Assembly (NCBI GenBank): GCA_964601625.1 | Contig: CAZROC010000005.1 | Location: 21,077 to 85,076 of the forward strand | Direction: 5' to 3' | Origin: an uncultured Thermoplasmata archaeon | Lineage (GTDB): Archaea; Thermoplasmatota; Thermoplasmata; JAGHBH01 | DNA length: 64,000 nucleotides | Shown here: positions 9,657 through 18,948 of the stretch, piece by piece | Layout of the letters: each line of letters starts with the position of its first letter | Position numbering within the stretch: the stretch's first letter is position 1 | Position numbers and translations under genes: made by a program | The notes under the pieces: model-generated | Told to the model about the DNA's origin: nothing | The model's database searches: none | Seen by the model: the letters and a program-made list of their open reading frames with translations, nothing else

Positions 9657-10121
9657 TTGGAAGGAGTCCCGTTGAAATTGCTCGTCAGCGCCGTCTTGCT
9701 GGCCGCTGTCTTGCCTCCCGCCATGACAGCTTTTTCTTCCATCAGAGAGCAGCATCAGGTGGCCATGTTTGAGTCTGAGTTAGAAAATCTCATAAAAACG
9801 GCCCAGTGGGTTTCTATGGGGGGCGCCGGGACCACAGGGGAGGCTGTTGTGGAAGTCCCTTCTTTTGTGGAAAAGGTGGTTTTTGGTTCAAAAGAGGGCC
9901 CGTCCTGTTTGGTAAAGGTGGTTTTTAGCGGTGGAACAGAGAAGAGATATCTGATATCGGACCCCATGGTCTACATGGAAGGGGGGACGGGCGGCGTTTT
10001 TGTGGTCGTTGGCGGAACAGCAGCCCACGTCGTTTTGAGAAACACCGGGTTTGTTGACGTGGACGGAGATGGTTTCATGGACTCGGTGATATGCATCAGC
10101 CGCCCCGCGTCCGGGGGATGA
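9657..10121 (+). CDS. hypothetical membrane-anchored or secreted protein (N-terminal hydrophobic segment)
   Basis: 154-aa ORF with N-terminus LKLLVSAVLLAAVLPPAMTAF. Co-oriented with the pilin-like gene. Confidence 0.35.
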   Translation: MEGVPLKLLVSAVLLAAVLPPAMTAFSSIREQHQVAMFESELENLIKTAQWVSMGGAGTTGEAVVEVPSFVEKVVFGSKEGPSCLVKVVFSGGTEKRYLISDPMVYMEGGTGGVFVVVGGTAAHVVLRNTGFVDVDGDGFMDSVICISRPASGG

Positions 10122-10136
10122 AAAGGGGGTGGTGGT

Positions 10137-10628
10137 TTGTCTGACCTGTTTTTCACAAAGATGATGTGGTTTTTCGTTGCCGCTTCTCTGCTTGTCACCT
10201 CTATAGGGGCGGCGAATTTTTTTGTGTCTCTATCAGAGGACGATGGTACTTCAACGGCTGTATTCTATGCGTCCTGGATAGAGTCGTGTGCTCTGGACCC
10301 CACGGAAGAGTTTGTGAAAGAGGTTCCCCCGCCGCAACGTGGAAACTCGGTTGTTTTTTTCCGGAATACAGTCGTTGTGAGGTCCCACGGCGGCTCTGTG
10401 TCCAGAGGTTTTTCTGTCACCCTCCACATCTGGGACCCCGCGGAGTTGAACGCCACTTCTTTGAACGGCTCCACATGCTTGTCCTCCGGGACTATTGAGA
10501 CCATGGACGGTCTCCACAGGTCTCTGTCGTTTTCTCCCAGCGACAGCGTGTTTTTTGAAAAGAAAAATGTGGTTGTGGACGGTGTTTCCTCGCCCATGTT
10601 GTTTCTCTACAAGCTCCCCAAAGAATAG
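10137..10628 (+). CDS. hypothetical protein with N-terminal TM helix
   Basis: 163 aa with MMWFFVAASLLVTSIGAANFFV and a Ser/Thr-rich ectodomain. Confidence 0.35.
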   Translation: MSDLFFTKMMWFFVAASLLVTSIGAANFFVSLSEDDGTSTAVFYASWIESCALDPTEEFVKEVPPPQRGNSVVFFRNTVVVRSHGGSVSRGFSVTLHIWDPAELNATSLNGSTCLSSGTIETMDGLHRSLSFSPSDSVFFEKKNVVVDGVSSPMLFLYKLPKE

Positions 10629-10718
10629 TTCCGCAGATTTTAAATATAACCTCCCACCCTCTTACTGTGTGGACGCCAGAGGGCATGAGACGGCGTTGAA
10701 AACAAATGTCTGCGGGTT

Positions 10719-11909
10719 GTGTCTATGAAAAAGCTGATATTGTGTGTGGACAGGGACGACGACCTGGGGGTTAAAGGGGGCCTGAACACACCCCTCCTGG
10801 GAGAAGAAGAGGTCAGAAGCGCCGTTTTTTCTCTTGGTCTCAGGGACCCGGAGGATTCGGACACAAACTGTCTACTGGCTGGTTTAAAGCTTTACAAAGA
10901 GATGAGGGAAGAAGGGGAGGATGTTGAGATAGGAGTGATAGCCGGCGACGCCTCTCTTGGAAGAAAGGCGGATGAAGCCCTGGCAACACAGCTTGAAAAT
11001 CTCCTCTCCGCAACAGGAGCGAGTTCTGTCATACTGGTGAGCGATGGGGCCGAGGACGAGAGCTTTTATCCAGTGGTTGCGTCCAGGGTGAAAGTGGACT
11101 CTGTTAAAAGGGTCTATGTTAAACAGGCCCCCGGAATTGAGAGCATAATACACGTTTTTATGAAAACGATGAAAGAGGAAAAGATACAGAGAAAGGTCCT
11201 CGTCCCACTGGGTCTCGCACTGGTTGTCTACGGCATCTGTGCTGTGAGCGGCGTCGCATACGCCGGGGTTGGTGCGATAGCGATAACCCTGGGGGCATAT
11301 TTTTTCGTCCAGGCATACCGCCTTGAGGGGAACGTGCTGGCGTTTTACAGAAATGTCCGCGTGGGTGTGGAAACGGGCCACGTGTCTCTGCCCTTTTCCA
11401 TCCTATCTCTGATACTGATCTCTGGCGGTGTGCTCCTTGGCTGGGGTGCTGTGCTCGCCATGAGAGAGTCTCCCCTGGCTATTCTGGTCATAACGTTTTT
11501 CAGGGTGTCTCTCTGGTGGTTTGTGGTGGCGGCCGTGGTGTATGGCCTCGGGAAAACAATTGACGTCTACCTCAGAAAGGGTGTTCTGATGTGGAACTTT
11601 TTCACGGTCGTTGTGAGCCTGGTCGCCATGGGATTTTTGATGTCCGGTGCCCTGGGCCTCATTGATTTCATAGTTAATTTCACACTGGAACAGCCGCAGT
11701 CGCCTGAGGTTTTGAAAGACGTCTTTTTCAATATGGTTGTTGGGATCTCCCTGGCAATGGTGGGAGGATACCTGCACCATTACATGAGTGAGAGATCACG
11801 CTCCGAGGACTTGGGGGAGGCACAGGCAGAAAAGAGTTTTTCTGAACAGGAACAGTCCGGCGCGGGTGTGGAGAAAGTTGATTTGGTTGAGGCGGGCGCT
11901 GACAGGTGA
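10719..11909 (+). CDS. DUF373-like archaeal integral membrane protein
   Basis: N-terminal soluble domain (ILCVDRDDDLG...) followed by six or more TM helices. The architecture is recalled as DUF373. Confidence 0.5.
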   Translation: MSMKKLILCVDRDDDLGVKGGLNTPLLGEEEVRSAVFSLGLRDPEDSDTNCLLAGLKLYKEMREEGEDVEIGVIAGDASLGRKADEALATQLENLLSATGASSVILVSDGAEDESFYPVVASRVKVDSVKRVYVKQAPGIESIIHVFMKTMKEEKIQRKVLVPLGLALVVYGICAVSGVAYAGVGAIAITLGAYFFVQAYRLEGNVLAFYRNVRVGVETGHVSLPFSILSLILISGGVLLGWGAVLAMRESPLAILVITFFRVSLWWFVVAAVVYGLGKTIDVYLRKGVLMWNFFTVVVSLVAMGFLMSGALGLIDFIVNFTLEQPQSPEVLKDVFFNMVVGISLAMVGGYLHHYMSERSRSEDLGEAQAEKSFSEQEQSGAGVEKVDLVEAGADR

Positions 11910-11969
11910 CGTGGACATGGTGACAGGCGGCGTGGACGGGGTTTATCTGAGCGTGTCGGGGGCGGTGTT

Positions 11970-12842
11970 TTGAACCTGTCTGAGTGGATGTTTTTCTATG
12001 AAAGGATATGCCGTGACATGGGACACAGCCCGGTTGACGACCTGCGGGGTGCAGCTGTTCTGGCAGGGATGATAAAACCGTCCCGCCAGTTTGAGGGAGT
12101 TGAGCTTTTCAAAAAAAAGGTGTCCATGCAGGAAGTGGTGCTGGTGGCTCCCTCTCTGGGAGAAAAAGAACTGTCTTTTATAGAGGGGTTTGATGGCGTG
12201 GTTGTGGCCACAGACAGCTCTCTACATGTTCTGAGAGAAAAAGGCATTGGCGTTGACCTGTTTTTCACGGACCTTGACGGGAAAGAAGCGATCCTTGTGG
12301 ATACGAACAGAGATGGGGTGCTCGCTGTCGTGCACGCCCATGGAGACAACATCAACCGTTTGATGAGTGTTTTTCCAGAGATGTCTGGCCCGGTTTTTGG
12401 CACCTGCCAGGTTGTTCCCCCTCCGCCGCTGGTGAATTTTGGGGGCTACACCGATGGCGACAGGGCGCTGTCTGCCATACTTGAGAGCGGCGCCAGGCGG
12501 GTCTATCTCGTGGGGTTTGATTTTGAAAACCCTGTTGAAAAACCATGGCTTTATAAAAGAGGAGATAATTATGGGGGGCGACAGGATGGCGGGGAGAGAG
12601 GAACTCCAGAAACGGAAAGGGTGGAGATGGAGAGGGGTGAGATGGGAGGTGCAGATGTGGGAACAGCAGAGATGGAGATAAAGGCGGGGATGGGGGGGTT
12701 AAACGCCGAAATGTCTCGCTTCCTTCTTGAGAGAAAAAGGAAAAAGCTGGCGTGGGCAAGGGAGATAATATTCTATCTCATGGAAAAACACCCTGGCCGA
12801 ATTTTTTTCCCGGCTCTGGAAAAAAACCAGGGTAGCGAATAA
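11970..12842 (+). CDS. mptE: MptE-like 6-hydroxymethyl-7,8-dihydropterin pyrophosphokinase (DUF115) with low-complexity C-terminal tail
   Basis: FFTDLDG...VVHAHGDN...LVGFDFENP motifs of archaeal DUF115/MptE. The 80-aa G/E/M-rich tail overlaps a convergent gene and may be read-through. Confidence 0.55.
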   Translation: MNLSEWMFFYERICRDMGHSPVDDLRGAAVLAGMIKPSRQFEGVELFKKKVSMQEVVLVAPSLGEKELSFIEGFDGVVVATDSSLHVLREKGIGVDLFFTDLDGKEAILVDTNRDGVLAVVHAHGDNINRLMSVFPEMSGPVFGTCQVVPPPPLVNFGGYTDGDRALSAILESGARRVYLVGFDFENPVEKPWLYKRGDNYGGRQDGGERGTPETERVEMERGEMGGADVGTAEMEIKAGMGGLNAEMSRFLLERKRKKLAWAREIIFYLMEKHPGRIFFPALEKNQGSE

Positions 12843-13359
12843 CGCACAAATACGCGCGAAATCGTTGTCCAGTCTCACGAGGCCCATGTGCTCTCCACCG
12901 GCGGGTTCAAGGGTCACAACGCCAACCTTTGGACCATATCTCGCCGTGTAGTTGAAAAGGCCCAAGGTTGGAACGCCCATCCCGGTCGGTATCGGTATGA
13001 AGGGAAACATTATCTTTTTGCCCAGTATACCAACAGCCCCGCACACTGCTATCAGCCCGCCGCCGTTTTCCACATATGACAGAAGCGGGCCCCTTATCTC
13101 GGTGCCTATGGTTTTCAGGGTTCTGAAAAAAAGCCCCCGGCCCGCCCTTTCCATGGTGCCTGAAAGGAAAGATTCCCGGAAGAAAAAAGACGTCCAGATC
13201 CTCCAGCCCGCCGCCCAGTATATCCTCTCTGGTGTATTTTTTGTATGGTATGTCGTTCTTTTTCAGCGCTTTTTCTTCGTATCGTTCCGCGATTGCTTCG
13301 TCGGTGTATATGCCAATCCGGTAATCTGAAAAAGCGTTCCCATTTTTCATCGCTGTCAC
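12699..13359 (-). pseudogene. class I glutamine amidotransferase-like protein, split by frameshift
   Basis: Two overlapping minus ORFs. One ends DLDVFFLPG and the other continues ENGGGLIAVCGAVGILG, the GATase nucleophile-elbow motif. The shift sits at a T7/G5 run near 13130-13160. Confidence 0.4.
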
Positions 13360-13415
13360 CGGCGTGTTCTATCTTCCATCGGCTCCCGCCCACCCCGTGT
13401 GTTAAGAGAGGTTTC

Positions 13416-14872
13416 TCAAATATTTTTTCTCTCGTCCACTATCCTTTTCGCCTTTATTGATCCGCCCATCTGGTTGAAAAGGGCGTCGGTGCTGCCCCAC
13501 ACGACGACACTCGGGGTTATCTCAAGCCTGTCAGAAACCAGACGCTGTATGTCCCAACCCTGTCTTTTTCGCCTTTTTTCTCACAGAAACGTTTATCGTC
13601 AGCACATCAACCTCGTAGGGGTGTTGTCCTTTTTCCCTACGACCACCTGCCACTCTTCAACATCGGGTATTGTGGGCAGTATCTCATAAAAAGCGTGGAG
13701 GTTCACAGGGGTCCCTTTATGTTCGTGAGATGGATGGTCTCCTCATAGTAGTGGCTCCGCCTTATCGGGCCGATTAGACGTGGGACCGGCGAACTGCATC
13801 TGGGACAGCGGTCGTACACTATACCCCCCTCAAATATGTCCCCTATCAGATACCTCATTACCGTGCTCCCTCGCCCATCTATGCTGGTTATGGCCAGAGC
13901 CCCCCTTTCTCCGGGGCCAAGCTGTTCCCCTGTTTTCGGATCCACAATCTCGGTTATCAAAAGATCAGGGTGTGTGTGGAACTCCTGTGTCAGTGGCCGG
14001 CACTCGGTGAAAGCGGTTCGCATCTCCGTAGCACCGTAGACGTCTATTATGTCCACCCCCGGGCTCCCCATGTCCACCAGCATGCGCTCTATCTTTTTCT
14101 TGGACCCCTCGGGGAATCTCTCACCGGCCCCCATTATGCGGGTTATCGTGGACAGGGGCTTGTGGAGTTCAACGCTCTTTCTGACCATGTGATAGAGATA
14201 GCTGGGGATGCCTATCAGGGTGTCAACCTGGAGTTTGCGGGCGAGGTCTATGGCCTTTTCAGTGCTGGTGACATCCCCTCCCCCGGTGTGGTACACAAAC
14301 CACCCGCCCCTCAGAGCGGCTATCAGTGTATGGTAGAAGGCGAGGTGGGGTGCAAACGGGAACAGGTTGAGGGCTTTTGACTCCGGGGTTATTCCGCCGA
14401 CAAGAGCGTTTCTTATGAAAGAACGTCCGAATATTTCAAGGTCGTACTGTGTGTAAACAAACGGCACGTTGTTTCCCGTGGTGCCCGATGTGGCTATTAT
14501 GAGACTGGGAGCGTATTCTTCTCTGAACTCCTCGGCTACGTCCACGCCAAAACTCTTTTTCATTCCCATGACCAGCAGGCGGTTCATTGGCCACGCGGAT
14601 AGTATCGTTTTTTCATCCGGCTGCAGAATGAAATCCTTGTACACCTCCGGGTTTTTCTCTGTCGGGAGGATGTCCTTTTTTGTTGTGAGAGGCAGCTTTT
14701 CCAGGTCTTCTATGCGTTTTATGGAGGATGGGTCTATTCCCAGTTTTTTGAATACCCTCCTGTAAAAAGGGTGGAAGGGAATCTGGTATCTTATAAAAGC
14801 CCTGAGTTTTTTGTTCTGCATGCGGCGTATCTGTCCAGGAGACATTCGCAGCAGAGGGTCTTTGAACAGCAA
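13416..14872 (-). pseudogene. paaK: phenylacetate-CoA ligase (PaaK/coenzyme F390 synthetase-like), two or more frameshifts in C-terminal domain
   Basis: 389-aa ORF (13703-14872) with an adenylate-forming N-domain. Manual translation shows the C-terminal domain continuing in other frames (LHAFYEILPTIPDVEEWQVVVGKKDNTPYEVDVLTINV, then RLVSDRLEITPSVVVWGS...KAKRIVDE). Shifts are at C4 and A6 homopolymers near 13700 and 13590. Confidence 0.65.
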
Positions 14873-14995
14873 TATATCACTCCTTCACTTCTATCTAAAC
14901 TCCTGTGTACGTCTGGAATTTGAACTCCCACATAATTTTTTTGTCACATATACCGGGTTTTCTGGTGCATATTCACATTTCTAGTTGGCGGTGGT

Positions 14996-16018
14996 TTATA
15001 TACTTTGACAGGAGTCCACTTTTTGCTGAACAGGGAAATCCGAATACCCGATATATAATTTTGCCACGTTAACACCCACCGGCGCCCCTATGTGCCTCGC
15101 AATGGGCCAGCACTTCGTTCTCAGCAGAAAAAGAACGGGTGGGAGCCGCCGCAGAACCTCATTCTCGGACAGCGACTCAAAGTTCGCCATCCCCTTGGAT
15201 ATTATGAGGCCAGCAGAGTAGAGAACGTCCTCCGTGTCCGAGGGCAGGCGGCTCAGGTCAATTCCCACGCTCCCCGTGCCGGTGGTATAAAAACCATCCG
15301 CCATATCAGAGAGGCCGAGATTTTTCACGTCTTCCATGGTGGCATCAGTCAGGATGGGCCTGCCCTTGACCACGACATAAACCCCGAAGCCCATGTCCCG
15401 GAGGACACCCCAAACGATGGAATCAAAGACTATCTCCCCACAGTTGTCGGTGAGATAAACCACACCGTTCCCGCCGTCTTTCCCACCACTTTTGTCCCCG
15501 GTGAGCAGTTCCAGTGCACGCCTCACATCGTTTATATAAAAGCCCTCGTCCACTATGCCGTGGAACAGATTCCCGAACTCGCCGGGGTCTCCCAGCGCCC
15601 CCCTTATGCCGAAGTCCAGAACGTTCCCGGCCACGCTGGCAAGGGCGGCTCGCTCAAACACATCTACACCACCCTTTTTTCCCTCGCCGAACACATATCT
15701 CTTTGCCTGCCCAAGCATGTCTATTGCTGAGCGGTTACTCTTTTCTTTCAACCCGGCATAGGGGTCGTCTGTTTTGAGCATTCTGTAAGCGAGACGGTGC
15801 ACCTCTGTGGCCACATCTGTGGAAACAGCCGGCTCTTCCGGGTTGTAAAGGTCATACAAACGCTTCGCACACGCACGCACAACGTCACCAACGGTGGAGT
15901 CCACTTCTCTCACGTCACGCCCAAAAACAAGCCGGCTCTCATACAAAACACGGTTGAGAAGACAGGGAACACACTCAGGAGCCAGTCTCATCCACACCAC
16001 CCATGTTTTTTCGGCCAC
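14996..16018 (-). CDS. DUF89 (ARMT1-like damage-control phosphatase/methyltransferase family) protein
   Basis: 340 aa with an N-terminal CVPC motif. The overall pattern is recalled as DUF89. Confidence 0.6.
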   Translation of the reverse strand: MAEKTWVVWMRLAPECVPCLLNRVLYESRLVFGRDVREVDSTVGDVVRACAKRLYDLYNPEEPAVSTDVATEVHRLAYRMLKTDDPYAGLKEKSNRSAIDMLGQAKRYVFGEGKKGGVDVFERAALASVAGNVLDFGIRGALGDPGEFGNLFHGIVDEGFYINDVRRALELLTGDKSGGKDGGNGVVYLTDNCGEIVFDSIVWGVLRDMGFGVYVVVKGRPILTDATMEDVKNLGLSDMADGFYTTGTGSVGIDLSRLPSDTEDVLYSAGLIISKGMANFESLSENEVLRRLPPVLFLLRTKCWPIARHIGAPVGVNVAKLYIGYSDFPVQQKVDSCQSI

Positions 16019-16021
16019 ACT

Positions 16022-16741
16022 TTACACGTTGAACTTCTCCGGCTTTCCGGTTTTCCCGAACCGCTTTTTGAAGAGGAAAAAAAGGTTGTTCAGTCCGTCC
16101 CGCCACGTGTTCAACTTGACCTCTCCCTTCCTGGAACTGTACCTTATCGGCACCTCTTTGCACCTGAACCCTTTTTTCCAGGCTTCAATTTTTATCTCTT
16201 CGCTGAAAGCCATCTCATCGCTGGTCAGTTCCAGGTCTTCCAGGATGCTCCGCCTGAAAACCCACATACCGCTCTGGCTGTCTTTTAGAGGTATGCGGAA
16301 AAGGAGGCGGGTGGTGGCGGCGAGTACCCAGTTGCCGAACCGGTGGCCAAAGCTCATGGCACCGGGTTCCATCATGCTCAACCTGTCCGTGGTTATGAAA
16401 TCCAGGTCCTCGTCGTAGAGCGTCTTCACAAGGTCCGGTATAACCTCCGGTGGATATGTGGTGTCTCCGTCCAGTGTGACGATCACATCCCCCCTGGCAT
16501 GGGCAAAACCGGTCTTGTAGGCCCTCCCGTATCCACGCCGTGGCTCATCAACAACAATGGCCCCCTTGGACCGGGCTATTTCCCTGGTGCGGTCCTTGCT
16601 GTTCGTGTCAACGATCATAACCTCAACGTCCGCAAAATCCCTGGGAATCCTGTCCAGCACCTCCCCTATGGACTCCTCCTCGTTCATCGTCGGGATTATC
16701 ACAGTGACCCGGGGCTTTTTTTCCTCCTCGCTGCCGGCCAT
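16022..16741 (-). CDS. GT2 glycosyltransferase, dolichyl-phosphate mannose synthase-like
   Basis: VTVIIPTMNEEESIGEVL...VMIVDTNSKDRT...VTLDGDTTYPP, the GT-A DxD pattern. The start is reassigned to the Met at 16741 (MAGSEEEKKP), which is preceded by a GGTGGAG SD. The upstream part of the long ORF is antisense to the KaiC-like gene. Confidence 0.75.
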   Translation of the reverse strand: MAGSEEEKKPRVTVIIPTMNEEESIGEVLDRIPRDFADVEVMIVDTNSKDRTREIARSKGAIVVDEPRRGYGRAYKTGFAHARGDVIVTLDGDTTYPPEVIPDLVKTLYDEDLDFITTDRLSMMEPGAMSFGHRFGNWVLAATTRLLFRIPLKDSQSGMWVFRRSILEDLELTSDEMAFSEEIKIEAWKKGFRCKEVPIRYSSRKGEVKLNTWRDGLNNLFFLFKKRFGKTGKPEKFNV

Positions 16742-16837
16742 TTTCTCCACCTGCAACCCCCACAAAAAAGAGAGATATAAAAAATGTGCGTGAAAATCAC
16801 ACAACTTATTTATTTCTCTTTTCCTTTCCTCTTTTTG

Positions 16838-17710
16838 ATGAAAAAGATAAAAAGCGGTGTTTACGGCCTCAACGCTCTGATGGACGGGGGGATAAATCAG
16901 GGCTCTACCACGGTTGTGATAGGGTGTGCCGGTGCTGGCAAGACCACCTTTGCCACCCAGTTCATAAGGCGGGGTCTGGAGGATGGCCAGGAGGGGATAT
17001 TTGTCAGCCTGGACGAGAACAAGGAACAGATTGTGAAAGAGGCCGTTGAGATGGGTTGGAGGGACATACTGGATTACATTGACGACGGCCTGCTGGTTTT
17101 CATTGACGCCTCCGGGAAAGAGTTTTCCAGGTTTATCAAAGAGGAGCTGCCGGGCTTCGTTGAGGAGTGGCGGGGTGCTGACGCCAGAATAGTCGTTGAC
17201 CCCCTGACACCTGTTATCTGGGCGGTCCAGGACAGGTACACCCAGAGAGACCTTCTGTCTTTCATGTTTAAGCAGCTGCGCCGGGTGGGAACCGTTGTGT
17301 GCACCCTTGAAGAGCACGGGTCCGCGGGAGACCTTTCGGGGAACGAAGTGGTCATTCCGATGTACCTCGCTGACACGGTCATACACCTCCGCTATCGTTT
17401 GACGGATGAGGGCGTTAACCGGATGCTTAAGGTGGCGAAGTGCAGAAGCAGCAGGCACAGCGAGTTCTACCACCCCTATCACATTATACGGGGTTTTGGC
17501 ATAATCGTTGAGACGGGCAGGTTCCGGGACGTGAAAACCCGGAAGGCCCCTGAACGGCTCAGGGAACTCCTGCGTGATAACGCCAGAAAACTACCGCCGA
17601 GGGTAGTCCAGCGTCTCATACGGGCCATAAATGATCTGACAGATGCGGATTTTGAAAAGATCCCGCCCGAAGAGGTGATGGAGAAGATAATAAGAGAGTA
17701 CTCCGATTGA
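16838..17710 (+). CDS. KaiC-like RecA-superfamily ATPase
   Basis: GLNALMDGGINQGSTTVVIGCAGAGKTTFATQF is Walker A in a KaiC/RadA-like context. The ATG at 16838 sits after a TATA-like gatataaaaaa. Confidence 0.7.
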   Translation: MKKIKSGVYGLNALMDGGINQGSTTVVIGCAGAGKTTFATQFIRRGLEDGQEGIFVSLDENKEQIVKEAVEMGWRDILDYIDDGLLVFIDASGKEFSRFIKEELPGFVEEWRGADARIVVDPLTPVIWAVQDRYTQRDLLSFMFKQLRRVGTVVCTLEEHGSAGDLSGNEVVIPMYLADTVIHLRYRLTDEGVNRMLKVAKCRSSRHSEFYHPYHIIRGFGIIVETGRFRDVKTRKAPERLRELLRDNARKLPPRVVQRLIRAINDLTDADFEKIPPEEVMEKIIREYSD

Positions 17711-17711
17711 G

Positions 17712-18494
17712 ATGAGTGGCTGTAAAAAAGTGTGTGTAAAGCGGATTCCGGGAACCGGGATTACTATGAAAAAAAGGATGGGAAAGGCCCTTGAAAAAGC
17801 TATAAAGGGGGGGGATATGAGAGAGGAGCGTTTGCCGGTGGAAAACCCCCTCCTGAACAGGCAGAGGAGCAGGATATATTCTTTTCTCACGTTCCGGCCC
17901 CTGTCTTCTTTTTCCAGCGCCGCGAGACACCTGGGTGTCAACGTGACAACGATCCGCTGGCATGTTGAAAAACTGTGGGGCCACGGTTTTGTGTCCTTTT
18001 ATGAGTCGCTCCCATACCCATCCGGTCTTGTGGACGCCAGGGACCTCCCCCTGTTAAGGGCTCTGGGCTCTTCTGCCGGCACAATCTTTTTCTACGTGGT
18101 CAAAAACCCCGGTCTGACGCTCGGAGAAATCCATAAACAGGTGGGCTTTTCATATTCCCGCACGTCAGCGCTTGTGTCGGAGCTTGAAAACCTGGGCCTG
18201 GTGGCCAGGGTAAAAGACGGCCATAGGACGCGGGTTTATCCCACCGAACTTTATAGGGAGAGAATGGAAAACCAGCACACTGTCGGGCGGAAACACGTTG
18301 AAAATCTCATCTCACGGCTCAGGGCGGGCGGAATTGATGTTGAGGTTGTTAAGAGGGGGGATCTCACCGTGCTGGTTCTCAGAAAGGGCCGTGTGGCAAC
18401 TGGGCTGAACATCTGGACAAACCCTTTTCTATCTCTGTTGGAGGAGTTCAACAAACAGCTTTTTGAAAGAGACTACCAGGACCCCTCCGAGTAG
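17712..18494 (+). CDS. transcriptional regulator with two winged-HTH domains
   Basis: Two segments resemble ArsR/MarR-type wHTH (AARHLGVNVTTIRWHVEKL; GLTLGEIHKQVGFSYSRTSALVSELENLGLV). Starts one base after the KaiC-like stop. The true start is uncertain. Confidence 0.45.
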   Translation: MSGCKKVCVKRIPGTGITMKKRMGKALEKAIKGGDMREERLPVENPLLNRQRSRIYSFLTFRPLSSFSSAARHLGVNVTTIRWHVEKLWGHGFVSFYESLPYPSGLVDARDLPLLRALGSSAGTIFFYVVKNPGLTLGEIHKQVGFSYSRTSALVSELENLGLVARVKDGHRTRVYPTELYRERMENQHTVGRKHVENLISRLRAGGIDVEVVKRGDLTVLVLRKGRVATGLNIWTNPFLSLLEEFNKQLFERDYQDPSE

Positions 18495-18887
18495 GACGCC
18501 GGCGATGTTTGCGCCCATGTCCGGAAAAGAAAAAGACCTCGCCGGCACAGACAGCTGATACGCCTCACAGAAGACGCCGTAAATGGCAGCCAGAGAGATA
18601 GGTAGAACAGGTTTTTTCCACCGGCTCATAGCTGCCAGCGCTCCGAGTACGAAGAACATGCCCCCGTGGATGATCTTGTCCAGGTTGGGTATGGCCTGTT
18701 CTCCCGGAGGAGACGGGGGCGAGGGCGTGGCGATGATGTAAAAAATGAGCACGGCATATGCCACGGCGGCGACGATGTACACACGTCGGTCCACGGAGAA
18801 AAAGAAGCCCACCACACGGCCGATCAGACGTCTCAAGTTTTTGTCCCCTGGCCGTTTTCCATCGCCGCTTTCTGCGTCATCCTTCAT
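18429..18887 (-). CDS. VanZ-like membrane protein
   Basis: Four TM helices with a DKIIHGGMFFVLG motif similar to the VanZ family. Confidence 0.45.
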   Translation of the reverse strand: MKDDAESGDGKRPGDKNLRRLIGRVVGFFFSVDRRVYIVAAVAYAVLIFYIIATPSPPSPPGEQAIPNLDKIIHGGMFFVLGALAAMSRWKKPVLPISLAAIYGVFCEAYQLSVPARSFSFPDMGANIAGVLLGGVLVVSFKKLFVELLQQR

Positions 18888-18948
18888 TTTAGCGCCTCCA
18901 TGCTCATTTTAATATCTTTATCCTACCTATGACTTTCCCCGTTCTGGC

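Noticed and set aside
12352-12759. 135-aa minus ORF inside the MptE-like tail region
   Set aside because: Pro/Ser low-complexity translation overlapping two other frames. The region is better explained by read-through and frameshift artefacts.
16742-17482. Upper 740 nt of the long minus-strand ORF 16022-17482, predicted as part of the GT2 gene
   Set aside because: The GT2 domain starts at the Met at 16741 with its own SD. The upstream portion is antisense to the KaiC-like gene and has no recognisable domain. It is an open antisense frame typical of GC-rich DNA.
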